Shown here: piece after piece, positions 1 to 13,754 of the stretch | Layout: every line of letters starts with the position of its first letter | How positions within the stretch are numbered: the stretch's first letter is position 1 | Assembly (NCBI RefSeq): GCF_001194135.2 | Contig: NC_069000.1 | Coordinates: 36,728,942 to 36,781,030 of the forward strand | Direction of reading: 5' to 3' | Length of the DNA stretch: 52,089 nucleotides | DNA from: Octopus bimaculoides | Taxonomy: Eukaryota | The notes under the pieces: model-generated | The model's database searches: none | Seen by the model: the letters and a program-made list of their open reading frames with translations, nothing else | What the model was told of the DNA's origin: nothing | Translations under genes and position numbers: made by a program

Positions 1-81
1 TGCCATCCGGATTCACCAGTCCTCAGTCAAATCGTCCAACCCATGCTAGCATGGAAAGCGGACGTTAAACGATGATGATGA

Positions 82-85
<4 letters not shown>
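1..85 (+). mobile_element. 3' end of (GAT)n-tailed repeat (RTE-associated tail/SINE family)
   Basis: Near-identical to 16545-16690 and, inverted, to 20060-20205 and 43435-43575. Ends in a GATGATGAT tail. Confidence 0.8.
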
Positions 86-123
<38 letters not shown>

Positions 124-219
124 ATGTGTGTATATATATATATATATGTATTTATGTATATACACACTCACACACATACATGAAAGTTACAGAATGGTTT
201 GTAGCTCAAGCAACTAGGA

Positions 220-400
220 AGAGAGTTGTTAACCTTGTTGAGATGCAGCTTGGTTTTGTGCCAGGGAGAAGCACTACTACTGATGCTATCTTCCTAGTAA
301 GCCAACTGCAGGAAAAGCAGTTAACCAAGAATCAACTGCTGTACTTAGCATTCACTACCATGGAGAAAGTCTCTGACAGGATCCCTCATCTGGTTACTGC
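220..400 (+). mobile_element. RTE-clade LINE reverse transcriptase fragment
   Basis: QLGFVPGRSTTTDAIFLVSQLQEK...LYLAF...EKVSDRIP resembles the RT motif QFGFxxGRSTxDAIF...AFVDLEKAFDRVP. Confidence 0.8.
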
Positions 401-714
401 AGAAACCAGGGGTAGATAAGTGTTGCATTCTTGAGCAAGACTCTTCATTTCACATTGCTCCAGTCCACTCAGCTGGCAAAAATGGATAATCTTGCAACGG
501 ACTGGCATCCTGTCCAGGTGGGGAATACATATGCCATGAAACTGGGAAACCAGCCCCTATGTGTTGGTATGACTCATGAAGATAACTTTTACCTTTGCCT
601 TTTTTTACATGTGGATCTCATAATATTGATTTTGCTGAGATGAGCAGTTCTTCTCAAGAACTGCATATCAACAGTCATCCTGGTCCTTCATCATCTCCTC
701 TGCGAGGTTCATTA

Positions 715-1070
715 CCCTGAGATCAGTCCTCACCACCTTGTCCCATGTCCTCCTTTGTCTTCCTCTTCTGCAAGTTCCATTCACATTAAGTGATTAGTAC
801 TTCTTTATAAAGCTATCTTCATTCATGCAGGTCACACGTCCATACCGGCACAGTTTTCTTTCTTGCACACTACTCTGATTCCTCTTATGCCTAGTTTTTT
901 TTTTCTCAAAACATTTGTGCTGTCTTTCATGCACACTTACGTTACAAATCTGATGAAGCTTGATTTCTTTCCATCCTTTTTAAGTCCTCGGCATTCTCAT
1001 TACCATGCAGCATTGAAATTCTAACACAAGCGTCATACACTCTATCTTTCATCATCATCAGTTAGTTTGT
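715..1070 (-). mobile_element. RTE LINE ORF2 C-terminal remnant
   Basis: Minus-strand translation includes GTCRRGRQRRTWDKVVRTDL, the typical RTE tail motif (RGRPRKTW). Confidence 0.65.
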
Positions 1071-2257
1071 TTTCCATGCTGGCATGGGTTGCACTGTTTG
1101 ACAGGATCCAGTGAACCACAGACAGGGCTGTCACGCACAGTAGTAGCTACTTGAACTTTTTCCAACCTGTTCTTACTCAGGCAACTATACTTTCAGAGCA
1201 ACCATCCCCTTCGCTTATTAAATCTCTTCGATAACAAAACCTACTGGCTACTTCTAGTAAGCCATTTAAGCATTTAAGAGAATCCATTTCCCATGTGCTC
1301 CAGTGCATCTGCCATATATGAAGCTTACTTTCTATTGGTCTTACTATGCTTCTACTACATCTTGTCTCCATAGTTTATATTGGGTACGGCAAGTGGAGTT
1401 CAGACCTATTCCTTGTCTGTACACAGAACAAAGCCATTTCCCTGATGATACCATGCTCCTTTCTTTTTCTCTTACTTATTAAAATCTTAGTCTTTGCCAA
1501 TTTTACCTTGAGGTCCCTTGATTCTAGGTTTCCTTCCATGCCTGAAATTTCTTGTCTATTTCCACAATAGATTCGGCCATGAAAACTAGACCATCAGTAT
1601 GTAAGAGTTCTTATGTGAGGGGCTGTAGGATTATAATGAATAGAGGACTGAGGACAAAGTTTAAGTGGACTCCTGCCTTGGAGCTAAATTCATCACTGAA
1701 ATGGTTATACACACATATAATGCATATATACATGCATTTACATACACACATATAGACATACATATACATAGCACAGGCATAGCTATGTGATTGAGAAGCT
1801 TGCTTCCAAACCATGTGGTCTCAGGTTCAGTCCCACAGTGCAGCACCATGGCCAGGTGTCTTCTACCTGGCTGACCATAGCCTAAAAAAAGCATGTTGTG
1901 TGTGCGTGTATGCATACATGCATATATTTATCTATGCATGATGGCTATAAATGAGCATCACTGCCATACAAGTGAAGTCATCCGTTTCCAGTCTTCCTTG
2001 GAAAACATGTCTGTTCATAGGAAATATTATCATGCCTGGAAACAGGTGAGATCTGACAACAAAAATGGCATCTGGCCATAGAAAATCTGCCTCAACGAAT
2101 TTTGTCTGACCCATGCAAGCATTGAAAATTGAATGCTAAATGATGATGATAATATATACATATGCATGTCAACATTTAGTATCCATTTTCTGTGCTGGCA
2201 TGGGGTGGATGGTTTGATATAAATTGGTAAAGCTTAGGACAGCGCCAACCTCCACTG

Positions 2258-2560
2258 TCTGCTTTGGCATGGTTTTACAGCTGGATGCCCTTCCTAACAT
2301 CAACCACTTCACAAAATGGACTGGGTTCATTTCATGTGACACCAGCACCGACAAGATCTGCTTTGGTATGGTTTTACAGCTGGATGCTTTTCCTAACATC
2401 AACCAATTTAGAGAATAGACTGGGTGCTTTTTATGTGGCACCAGTGCTGGCAAGGTCTACTTGGGCATGGTTTTACAGCTGGATACCCTCCTAACACCAA
2501 CCACTTTACAGAGAGAGGACCGGGTACCTTTTATGTGGAACCAGTGCCAGCGAGGTCAAG
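2258..2560. repeat. Three diverged ~99-bp tandem units derived from the (GAT)n-tailed repeat
   Basis: TCT(G/A)CTT..G(C/T)ATGGTTTTACAGCTGGAT recurs at 2258, 2357 and 2456. Confidence 0.85.
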
Positions 2561-3347
2561 ACATAACTCGCAAGACGAAGGTGCCTCAATTGAGAGGGGG
2601 TGTGGTATTGAAGGAGGTGGCTTTGTGCCAGGTGACGAAAAGTTTGAGTATGAGACAGAGAAACATATCTTGCTGCAGAGGAGATACACGATTACCTCAG
2701 TTGGATGGACGGAAGGAGAGAGAGTGCGAGAGACGGTGGCAATATGCCAGGGCACGCTCTCAAGGTACAAGGATGTGAATATAAATGAAATGGTAGAGGA
2801 ATGCTCAAGGTGCATGAGTAGGGAATTCACAAAGGTGCGAAAAGGGGAAGAAGGAAAGGAAAGGGGAGAATACAGTGAGTGGTGTAACACGGGTATCTGG
2901 GGGAGTTGAGTGATGTTGGGCTGCAGGATTGGGGAGGGAAAGATAAGCATCATGCATGAAAAAGAGATGTAGTTTGGTTGATTGGGGTAGGGTGTGTGAA
3001 TCAATATTACCTGTGGGTGAAATACACGGTGCCTCCAGAACTCAGTTTTGCTGAGGTGGGTGGGCCTTCTCAAGAACATCATTTCACCAGACATCTCTGT
3101 CTATTGTCATTTCCACCGTGAGGCCATATATATATATATACACACATACGTAAATTTAGACATAGGGTAGACATGATCTTGTGGCTAGGGAGTTCGCTTC
3201 GTAAACCCATGCTTCCTGGTTCAATTCCACTACATCGTACACTGGGCAGGAGTCTAATTCGACAACTCCACGCTATCCACAGCCTTGTGAGTGGATTTCG
3301 TGAGAAGCCTCCCCAACACACATACATATATATGGCGATCTCATGCC

Positions 3348-3395
<48 letters not shown>

Positions 3396-3806
3396 CTTGA
3401 ATATCGGTGTTTTTCTTGCTTTCACATTGCACGATAGTTGTAAACGAACGCCCCCGTTATACGTGGTATAGTTTGTTCCTAATCTTCCGTGAAAACACGT
3501 CAATAGCAAAATAAAATATCTTGTTTGGAATCAAATGCGGGTTGGAGACAGGAAGGGCATCTGGCCGTAGAAAAGCTTATTCAATGAATTCTATTTCGCC
3601 CATGTAAGCATGGAAAAGCAGCCGTTAAAAACGATGATGAAACAAGTGTGTGTGTATATATATATATATAAATATATATATATACATGCGCATATAGATA
3701 TATACATACACACATAACTATACGTATTTACATACACATATACAATATATATATCGGTACCCTGATATGCATATATATAAACATGTAGATGTAAGTATGT
3801 ACATAT

Positions 3807-3816
3807 NNNNNNNNNN
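3807..3816. other. Assembly gap
   Basis: N run. Confidence 1.
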
Positions 3817-5128
3817 ATATATAGTGGAAGGAAGCTTCCATTTTTTTATTGATTTATTTTATTCGGAAAATCTAGTGAAATATTTGATAAATACCGAGAA
3901 TTTTATTTCAATATTATAGATATTTACAACATAAATTTCATTACCTTCTTAACGCATTATATATTTGTGCGCGCGCGCGCGCGTATAATATGTACGTTAC
4001 ACAAGAGTACCTCACCATACGTATTAAGTATAATTTACAGTACGTAAAAAATTTACATCACAGTTAAATTTAGATGTAATAAATACGTGAAAGAAAAAAA
4101 AAAACCACCGAAAAAAGCCTTCTGTTCACACAAAATAATCTACAATGTGAAAACTGATCAGTGATTCGATTTAGGTTTAATTAAATAGCTGATTTTATAT
4201 TTTTTCTGCTCCAAAATAATTCTGATTCTGCTTGTCAAGCCCGAGCATCCAAAATGCCTGCGAATTTATTTCTTGACAAATTTGCTTATTTTAAAAGAAA
4301 AAAGTTTAATCACACCATCAAGTATTGTTTTGTCATCAACTTAATTGCACAAATAAATTTTTCTTATAAAATGCACAGAATTTCTTCGGTGATTTTAATT
4401 ACCTTCATTTTTCTTTTCTTTTTTTTACAAACCCCCATAAATATTCGTTACAAATACATTGCTCTAATAACTAACCTTATTGTATAAGATATCAGGGGAT
4501 AGATATCTTCCTAAATAGAATAGAAATATTTTTTAAAACTTTGTTAATACTTATTTCTGTTGTAGTACATGCGATTGTTTTTCTTTATATATATATATCA
4601 ACCTATTTATGGCCTTCATGCAAAAACCTTTTTTCCTTTTTTATATATCTAATCGGGCATTTATTTAATTTCGTTCACTTCACTATTTTCAATGCCAAGG
4701 GCTTGGTAGATGTCCTTAATTCTTTATTAATTAATTAATGCATCAGTTTGCATAATGGCATTATCTTTTTTTTAGAAAATTTATATGGATTATCTTATAA
4801 ATAAAATTGCACAGCAATAAAAATTTATCAGAGGAAAACGACTTCAGAGATGTATCTTGTTTCAATTATGATTAAATATGGCCAAAAAAGAGGGAGAGAG
4901 AAAGAGAGACAGTTTGGTAGAAAACATACCATTCATTCTTATAACAAGACAACTGCTTTCAATGAGAAATGAAACATACATCGCTATGCAATTTCACACA
5001 GGAGGCATTTGAAACAGGAAAATATATAAAAAAAAACATGGGCATTTATAAAAGAATAAAGCATCGATAAACAAACAAATGACAAAAAAAACAGTCGGAT
5101 GATTAAATGATAAACATAAATGACTTAC

Positions 5129-5270
5129 CTAAACATTCTTGTGATTGATGTGACAAGGGATCAGTGGAAAAAAATTAAAAATCTCGCCATTTTCCAGTTT
5201 CCAGATGGAGTTGCTGGCTTATTCGAAGCCGTAGCATTCGAAGGTGACAAAGCTATTTGCCAACAACGAG
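5129..5270 (-). other. Putative exon of an unidentified minus-strand gene (mostly 5' UTR, ending ATG TTT AG|GTAAGT)
   Basis: Consensus donor AG|GTAAGT at 5128 in non-repetitive sequence. All three frames have stops shortly before the ATG. The 5' boundary is uncertain. Confidence 0.3.
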
Positions 5271-5619
5271 AAACATTTCTATTTATTAATATCCAATAAT
5301 AGTACAATATCTTTTATTTATTATTTTATTGATCAAAATGAAAACATATATGGTAGATTGAGTGATAGATAGATAGATCGATAGATGGATGGATAGCTAA
5401 AACTGTGTCTGTTATTTGTGATCGTGTGGATTTTTTTTAAAAACTATACTCTTCGGGTCAATTATTATAATTGATGATGATGCAGGATTTCCCTGTTGCC
5501 GATTTAGAGAAAATAACCCATCATGTCAGATCAATACATAGTTTAAAAGTTAATCACTCCATTGGCAAACAAGGATGCGCGCGCATACACGAATAACATG
5601 CGTGCAGACAGAGGTACAG

Positions 5620-5790
5620 ATAGAAGTGGGGGGGGGGAGAGTGAGACAGTAGAGAGAGAGAGATCAGTAGAGAGAGAAAGAGAGTGACGGAGAAAGAAAA
5701 GAATAGTAGAGAGAGAAATCAATAGAGTGAGAACAATAGAAAGACAAATAAAGAGAGAGAGAGAGAGAGAGAGAGACACACACACAACAA
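5620..5790. repeat. (GA)n/(CA)n-rich low-complexity tract
   Basis: Directly visible. Confidence 0.9.
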
Positions 5791-7154
5791 TGATAGATAT
5801 TCGGTAGATAAGCATTACACGCCGACACTTATATACACGTATGTATAACATACACATGTATATTACACGTACGTTCACACACGTGTATTCGTGTTAAAAC
5901 GAACAGGAGACAAAATAATGCAGTTAGATGTTTATTGTATATATATTATAAGTAAATAATTGGTTTGGTAGAAACATAAATGTAGGCGGGTTGATAGGAG
6001 GAACAGAAAAAAAAAAGACTAGACAGGTAGATAAATGAATAGTAGTCCAGTGTGACATAACTATTTCCTTCCCCCAATTTTTACCTGTTTACCATCCTGT
6101 TATGTCTCCAGGATATGTGAAGTAAAAAGTAGTCTTGAATTACACAATGTAATTTACATAATATCAATACCCTTAATATTTAAAATTAACACCCTTAAAA
6201 GCAACATTAAGGGAAATAAATCTACCAAAACAGATTGAATGATGATTGAGAAATAAAAAGCAATTTTAAAGATTGGGTTCCAGAAATATCACAAATTTCC
6301 TTCGGGTTCAGAATAGTAGACATTGTACAGGTTCATTTAATTTTGAAAACACAGTTTTCAAATACAAATAAGAAATTTGATCTAAAGTTAGAAATTCATT
6401 TGGGCTCTTTAAAGACATTTAATTTATTTTCAAAGCTTATTGTGGTTGTATTTCTGTAAGCCGAATTATATTTTTATTTTTAATTTTAAAAAAATCGGCA
6501 TTTTCCAGTCGAAATGACACACCAAGCGAAACAGACTAAGTGTGGTCATATCGACCTGTAAGAAATACAATAATTTCTCTAGCATATTTAGGGACACATC
6601 GAATAATGCTGCCTGCGTTACACTTGTCTGATAAAAAAAATACCATTATCGTTATGGATAAAATAGATTTGACCACAACCAGAGCTGACCTAAAACTAAA
6701 TAACACATCATTCTATTGTTAGAAACAGCTTCCAAGTTTCATTCAGTCCACACGCTACCTTCTTAAAGCAGACACATTGAATTACGTAGATCGGAATATA
6801 CCTTGTATGAATAAATAAATAAATAAATAAATAAAACAGGATGGAGGTTTCTTTAATCATGAATCTCTATCTATCGAACCCAACTTCGTGTTAAACTACT
6901 TATAATAACCAAGTAGACGGAATGCATGTTTTTTTCATGGAGAGATCTCTAGTTCTACTTTAGATTACCGGCAATAATATGATCCAAAAATCTGTAAAAG
7001 AAATTAGGTCTATGGACTAAGAATATTGTAAAAGCTTTTTCGAACGTACATGAATGAACTATAAAGTGCTAGTCTAAATAGTTTAAACAAACCAATGATA
7101 TTAATATGTGTTATACAGCCAAGCGCTGGGGGTGGGGATTATGTAGAACACGTG

Positions 7155-7520
7155 TATATTTTTTTATTCTTTTACTCTTTTATCTGTTTCTATCAATTGA
7201 CGGCAGCCACGCAGGAGCACCGGCTTGAAAATAGTTTTAGTCGAATGAATCGACCCCAGGACTTATTTTTTACGCCTAGTACTTATTCTACCGGTTACTT
7301 TCGCCAACACCTGTTGTCAAACGGTGATGGGGAACACACACACACATATATATATATATATACACGCTACAGGCTTCTTTCAGTCTCTGTCTACCAAATA
7401 TACTCACAAGGCCGACCAAGGCCTTGTGAGTATATATAGTAGAAGACACTTGCCCAAGGAGCCACGCAATGGGACTGAACCCGGAGCCATGTGCTTGGAA
7501 AGCAAGTTTCTTGCCACACA
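7155..7520 (-). mobile_element. tRNA-derived SINE (abundant family, same as 46564 and 51787)
   Basis: Reverse complement of the family consensus seen at 51787-52089. Confidence 0.75.
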
Positions 7521-8744
7521 GCCACGCTTTGGCACAGGACTTGTAATTCCGGGGAAGGGGTAAGTCGATTACATCGACCTTCACAGCTCAAGTGGTACTT
7601 ATTTTATCAATCTTGACTGCATGAAAGGCAAAATCGCCGAAATGTCGCTTATCATTTTGCCCGGCGTGAAAACGGTTTTGCCAACTAGCCTCCTATATAT
7701 ACGTATATACATATATAGGAATTTAATTGTTTTGGCCGATCATGGAGTGGCCTTCGGTCTCGCACCAATGCAGTACTTAACGGTATAGTCCAGCGATATA
7801 TTACTGCTTATGTAATGTAACTGGTCAGAACATTACAGATGGTTCCGCGCTAACTATCGCACTTCGTAATATTGATGACTCTTGAGACATGCTGGCCTCT
7901 TTTATGTAGGTGTATGTGTGTGTATATATGCATATATATAAAATTAATATACACACCAGTTTGCAATGTTTTACTAAAACGGAGAATTACAAATGTCACT
8001 AAATGTGACTAGGGTTTGAGGAAACACCTCCATTGCTAGAAATAAGAGCTAAACCGCTCTAATGCTGCAGTTAAAGCACATGAATGAAAACGTATACGAT
8101 AACCGTGACCATAATCGTCCGAAAAGTGCTGATCGAGAATTCAATTCTCGTTAACTACAACATTAGAGTAGTTTAGTTCTTATTTCTAGCAATGTAGGTG
8201 TTTCCTAACGCCCTTGTCACATTTAATGACATTTGTATATATATGTATACACACACACACACGCAGTCATGGTTGGTTCGGTGATGCTAAAAAGTATCGG
8301 AACGAAAATATGGTGAAAAATTATAACATTTTCCGGGAGTGAGAAAGAAGAGTTACCTCCCATGGGTCGATGTCAGCTTTGGCTCATGTCTATCGCCTGT
8401 CTGTAGGTATATTCTTTTCTTGTTTCAGTCGTTTGACTGCGGTCATGCTGGAGAACGTTTATCATTTTCCTAGTCCGAAGACAGCAACGAAATAGCTAGC
8501 TTTTTTAGTTTGAGAAAGGATCTAGATCGTGTGAATTTTTGTAGAATGGTTCTCTGTTCAGTCAAACATCGAATGTAACGTCTACTTGCAGTTAGATATG
8601 GTCCAGAGAACGACAGACATGTACACACACATATAGCTGACACTCTTCTACATACATACACATATATATATATATATATATACATTTATATATCTATACA
8701 TATATTTCGAATGAGTATATTTCATAATGAATGCCATAATTGCT

Positions 8745-9857
8745 TAATATAATTGCTAATTTATTTATTTAGGCATTAGCTGATAATAAGGGTTATAATG
8801 TGCATTCTTCTAAATGGATTATTATTCTGGAATCATTAAGTCTAGATATTGGTTTAAGATACTCTCCTACGTTTATCTTAATTTTATCATGGAGTGTTTA
8901 TTTAAAATTTATTAAATATATACATATATATATATGCATCTTTACTGCATCTCCTGCTCTTTTCTGTATATTGGTCAAATGGGATGCCGCTTGGTTGACC
9001 TGTTTGTGGGGCACCTCTGAGATATTAGACTTGGCAATAACACCCCAATCTCATACCATTTCCACTCTACCGGCCATTCACTACAACACCTGTGTGTGTT
9101 CGGATTGTCTTTGCACATGAGCCATCCAGACTCCTGCCTTTGTTGTAAACAGGAATTAATCTTCTCTCCTCGCACCTTTGAGCCATACAGGCTCAACTCC
9201 CCTCCTCTCCTCTCTTCACCCATACCCAACTTCTTTCTTCATTGATACTATCTCCACCCACATGCATATACCAGACCCCTACTCCACCCCACACTGCACA
9301 CACTAGCATTGACCACTTCCCAGCACACACACCATCTGCACTTCACAAATAAACACATTTTAGTACAGAATGCAAGGAAAAGCAACTCTCAAAAAAACCA
9401 ACCTTTTTTTAAAAAAACTCAACTATGTATCAACCAATTTCATGATTACCAGAATGAAATCTAGTTTGTGTGGCATTATTCTGTAGTAATGCCCTAATAT
9501 AAATATAAACAAATAATTATATTCTTGGGAATAGAAATTTCCCTTATGAATTTTTTTTACACACTAGCTTCCTGATAAAATTCTTGCAAAAGATTTTTAT
9601 CCTATTATTGAATATATATATATATATATATATGGTATATGAAAGGTGGAAGATGGAATATACAAGAATTTATTATTAATCACAATTGTTTCGACATATC
9701 TAGCATTGATCCCTCATATATTTCCATTATGAATATAAGTTCTCTATCCCGTAACTAATTAATATAATTGCTAATTTATTTATTTAGGTATCAATTGAAG
9801 CATGAGTTATAATGTGTATTCTTCCAACTGGATTATTATTCTGGAATCATTAAGTCT
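8745..9857. repeat. ~98-bp direct repeats (8745-8843 and 9760-9857)
   Basis: TAATATAATTGCTAATTTATTTATTTAGG...TGGATTATTATTCTGGAATCATTAAGTCT occurs twice about 1015 bp apart. Confidence 0.85.
8934..9200 (+). mobile_element. Penelope-like element GIY-YIG endonuclease remnant
   Basis: LYCISCSFLYIGQMGCRLVDLFVGHL*DIR...ISYHFHSTGHSL...QELIFSPRTFEPYRLN matches the PLE GIY-YIG pattern (YCIxC...YIGxTGRxLxxRFxEH...HF...GH...LN). One in-frame stop. Confidence 0.8.
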
Positions 9858-10165
9858 TGAAGTGATGTCATGTTCAGTCATCTGCTCACTTCTCCCAGTA
9901 ATTAAAGTTGATGTTCATGCTCTTCGTTGTCGTCATCATTTATTTTAGTTGGTCTTTGTAGTGTCATGTGGTCTCTTGCCAGTGTTGAGTTCACAGTAGG
10001 GGATTTGGCGTGGAAATCTGATGCTGTTCATCCGAGGCAGTGTTTGCTGTTGATGGTCTCAATGGTGTTAGCTTTGACCCATCCAAGGACTGTACAGTTA
10101 TTGACATAGTCCTACCATTTGATCATAATCAAAGTTTCTGTTTATGAAATCGTTCCAGATTTTGG

Positions 10166-10207
<42 letters not shown>

Positions 10208-10520
10208 CCAAGAAAGTTAGGGGTTATGAATCCAACCCACTAAAGGATAATATCTATCCAATATACTGCTGGAAGAATAACCAATTATTATTACACTAGT
10301 GTTTTTTCTTTGTATTACCAAGTGCAATAAATGGGCATGAGTAAAAAGATATTTTACCATTAATTTATATAGCAATAAGAAAATGGAGGGGAACAGGTGG
10401 TATTCATCAACTTGCAGGCATTGTATTGTAGCAGACATTTGCTTATCCAACTCCTTAAAACACTTAATCCCTCACCTGTAATTTGGCTGCATTAGAAGCA
10501 GAGCATTTTTTTTTTTACAT

Positions 10521-10521
<1 letters not shown>

Positions 10522-10559
<38 letters not shown>
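10522..10559 (+). repeat. 38-nt poly(A) tract
   Basis: Directly visible. Confidence 0.95.
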
Positions 10560-10561
<2 letters not shown>

Positions 10562-11195
10562 AAATCTGTCTTGTATACTGTTAAGTACAGTAATTTTCTG
10601 AATAATCATGAATTCCATTATACTAGTATGAAGTCTCCATTTGTATGACGCCAGTTAAAAGTAAACAATTTTCAAAGAAATATGATGACCTTGTAAACAA
10701 TTTTTATAGGAATGCAGCAGTCAGCCATCATTCCATTAGCGCCAAACAATTTCAAACCAATGTTATCATTACAAACTGTAACCATGAAACCTCTTCATAA
10801 TGTTATCTGGCTCATAAATAAAATTTTATCCTTCAGAGCAAACCAATAACAAAAACTGAAAAAAAGCATTTTATTAATGGAAAATAGTATTTATTTGTAA
10901 CTAAAAAAAACAAAAAAACAACAACTATGTATTGCAAGTTCTTTCTGTCAGTATTCTACAAATGCATAGCATTGTTCCTCATGGAATCACAGACCAAAAA
11001 ATCCTATAACGGAATTATTGTTTGTCTTGTTTTGCTATTGTTTTAAAAAAATTTGTTCTTATAGATCACAGCAAATAAAACAAAAAACTATGGCAATCTC
11101 AAATTTACCACAGTTAATTAATTTATAAGTCAACTAATGAAATAACTTGAAAAAAAAGAAAAGAAATTTTTTTTAAAAATCTTTTTATAAAATTG

Positions 11196-11541
11196 CTAAA
11201 ATCGTTTTTTTCTCAATTTTTTGAGTTTCAGAAATCTTTTCTTCATTTTTAGCAACCTACTCTTCTTTAGTTGTTTTCTGCGAGCATTTAAATACAGCTT
11301 ACTGTCAGAATAAAGTCTTTTGAATTTTGCCTCATCCGGCACTGGTTTCATGCGTCCAGTTTTCTTGAAATATCGGATGGCCAGGTTTGTTCCTGCTAAA
11401 GTCACCGTGTATCGGGCAGGTGTGGCAAGTTTGTACATTAAATATGCAACAGCTATATTTCCAATGCCGGATTTTTTGAACTGGCTAATTATCGTCTCAC
11501 TTACATTTAGTCTTTCAAGGACAGGAATTATGTCAAAACCA
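11196..11541 (-). CDS. FAM210A: FAM210A coding exon 3 (GFDIIPVLE...AYLMYKLATPARYTVTLAGT...RKKRF*)
   Basis: Acceptor TTGTTTGTTCCAG|T, phase 2, completing ACT (Thr). Contains the FAM210A-diagnostic KxATPARYTVTL motif. TAG at 11198-11196. Confidence 0.93.
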
Positions 11542-13754
11542 CTGGAACAAACAAAATAAATAAAATTAAACAAACTCTTTCCATGTTTTGAGAGGGAGGT
11601 ATTTATCTATCAATTGTTTTGTAAACAAAATGCTAGAGAATAGAAAATATTATATATATATAAAACATATCAGTGTACACTAAAACAAATACACATAACT
11701 CCAATAATCTGAAGTAGATATCATCACCATTGTTGTTTTAACATCCATCTTTCCATGCTTGAACAGGCTGGCACCAAGCAAAAAGCTCCTGTGCTGGTAC
11801 CAAGTAAAAAGCACCCAGTACACTCTGTAAAGTGGTTGGTGTTAGGAAGGGCATCCAACTGTAGAAAGCCAAAACAGATAATTGGGGTCTGGTATAGCTC
11901 TCTGGCTTGCAAGCCCCTTGTTAAACTATCCAACCCATACTAGCATGGAAAATGGATGTATGATGATGATGATGATGATGATCAGATTTTCTATGGTCAA
12001 ATGCTCTTCCTGTTGTTTCCAAGCAAAGCAATGTTTCCCCATGGCTGGATATGTTCCTACGGGATACTGGAGATGAACGACACACATTTATAACAGTCAC
12101 ATGATATCAAGACAAGGAGACCCAAACACACACATATATCATCATCATCATTTAATGTCTGTTGTCCGAGCTGGCATGCGTTAGACAGTGTGACCAGGCT
12201 GCATCAAATTCCAGTCTGATTTGGCAAGGTATCTACGACTGGATGCCCTTCCTACTGACAACCACTCTGAGAGTGTAATGGGTGCCAGTTGCAATGTAAA
12301 ATAAAGTGTCTTCTCAAGAACACAACACACAGCCTGATCCAAGAATCAAACTCACTACCTCATGATTGCAAGCCCAATGCTCTAACCACTGAGCCATGTG
12401 CCTTCACATTTCATTTGTAGATGTATAGTGTTAAAAAAAAAAAACACAAATTTCTGCTTGTTACAGGAATTACTACACAGCTATTTGGGACTATTTCTAA
12501 GAAAGAAGACACTCGGTTCCATGCATATGTATATGAGAGTTCCTGCAGATGATCTAATTGTATAACAGATTACAAATAGCATTGTTACAAGCCCCCAAAG
12601 GAGCATTTACATGGTTACTCAATTTGCAAGAAATAGCAGATAAATTTCTTCAAACTACTGTCTTAAAGGAAAGGACACTTTTTACAAAGTAATCATGGAT
12701 GCTACTAAAGAGATGGAGAGTTCATAGATGGAACGACTTTGGTTGTAAGTCTGCTCATTTGGGAATGACCTAGGGTTAAACAACAAGAACACTTGGTGCC
12801 GAGATGGCAGAATTGTTAGCACACCAGACAAAATGCTTAGCAGCACTTTTTCTAGTTTTACATTCTAAGTTCAAGTTCTGCCAAGATCAACTTTGCCTTT
12901 CATCCTTTTGGGGTCGATAAAATAAGCACTAGTTGAGCACTGGCGGGGGAGGGGGGTAATCAAGTCACTCCCTTTCCCTCAATATTATTGGCATTGTGCC
13001 ATAATTGGAAACCATTATTATTGGTGAAACCAGAAATATCAAAAGACGTTCTGGTACTATTCCTACGTTGGAAAAATTCCATGAGAAGTTAGAGGGCTTA
13101 AGCAATGATCCTCAACTTGAGTAACCTTTGCTGCGCAAGAGCTGAGTGTACTCGGTTCTACGCATATGCACATGAGACACAGGAACTTACACACATGACG
13201 TAGTACACACATTTTATTTAACAGAAAGAGGTCACAAGAACTGATTTGCATGTTATTAGCATATTGCATCATCAGCAAAAATTTCATCAGCACAGTAAGA
13301 GTTAACGCCCCTTCGTCCAGATATAGTCTTAATTATTATGATCGAAGTGACTGTCAAAAGAAACTTGGTAAAGCTATTTATAAAATATTAAGTGAACTCA
13401 GTAATTGTTGTTTAGCCCAAGTTAGGTCTTATCTAGTATACCTGTAATTAAAGGTATTCTAGTAATGCTGAGAAAGTCCTTTTTTCATATCAGGGATTGT
13501 ATTGCCCACAGTGGTCTTCCCTCTTTTCAAACAGTAAGGGTGTGATTCGAGGGAGATTTAGCTGCCATTTCTAAAAAATGTCTTGTCAAATTGTCAAGTG
13601 AACGTATTATAAACAAAATAGGAATTTTGAAAGAAATTTCTATAAAACTAGTTTTTAAATATCAAATGGCTATAGGGGAGTGGGGTCCACGAGACTAAAA
13701 TAATAATCAAAGGGGTTTATAAATAAAAAATGGTTGAGAGCTCCTGGTTTATAG

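Noticed and set aside
2258-2560. CRISPR-like repeat-spacer appearance
   Set aside because: Eukaryotic context, whole units are homologous (no unique spacers), and no cas genes are present.
2424-3094. 161-aa and 187-aa overlapping ORFs
   Set aside because: They span repeat-derived, purine/pyrimidine-skewed sequence with no recognisable domain or splice structure.
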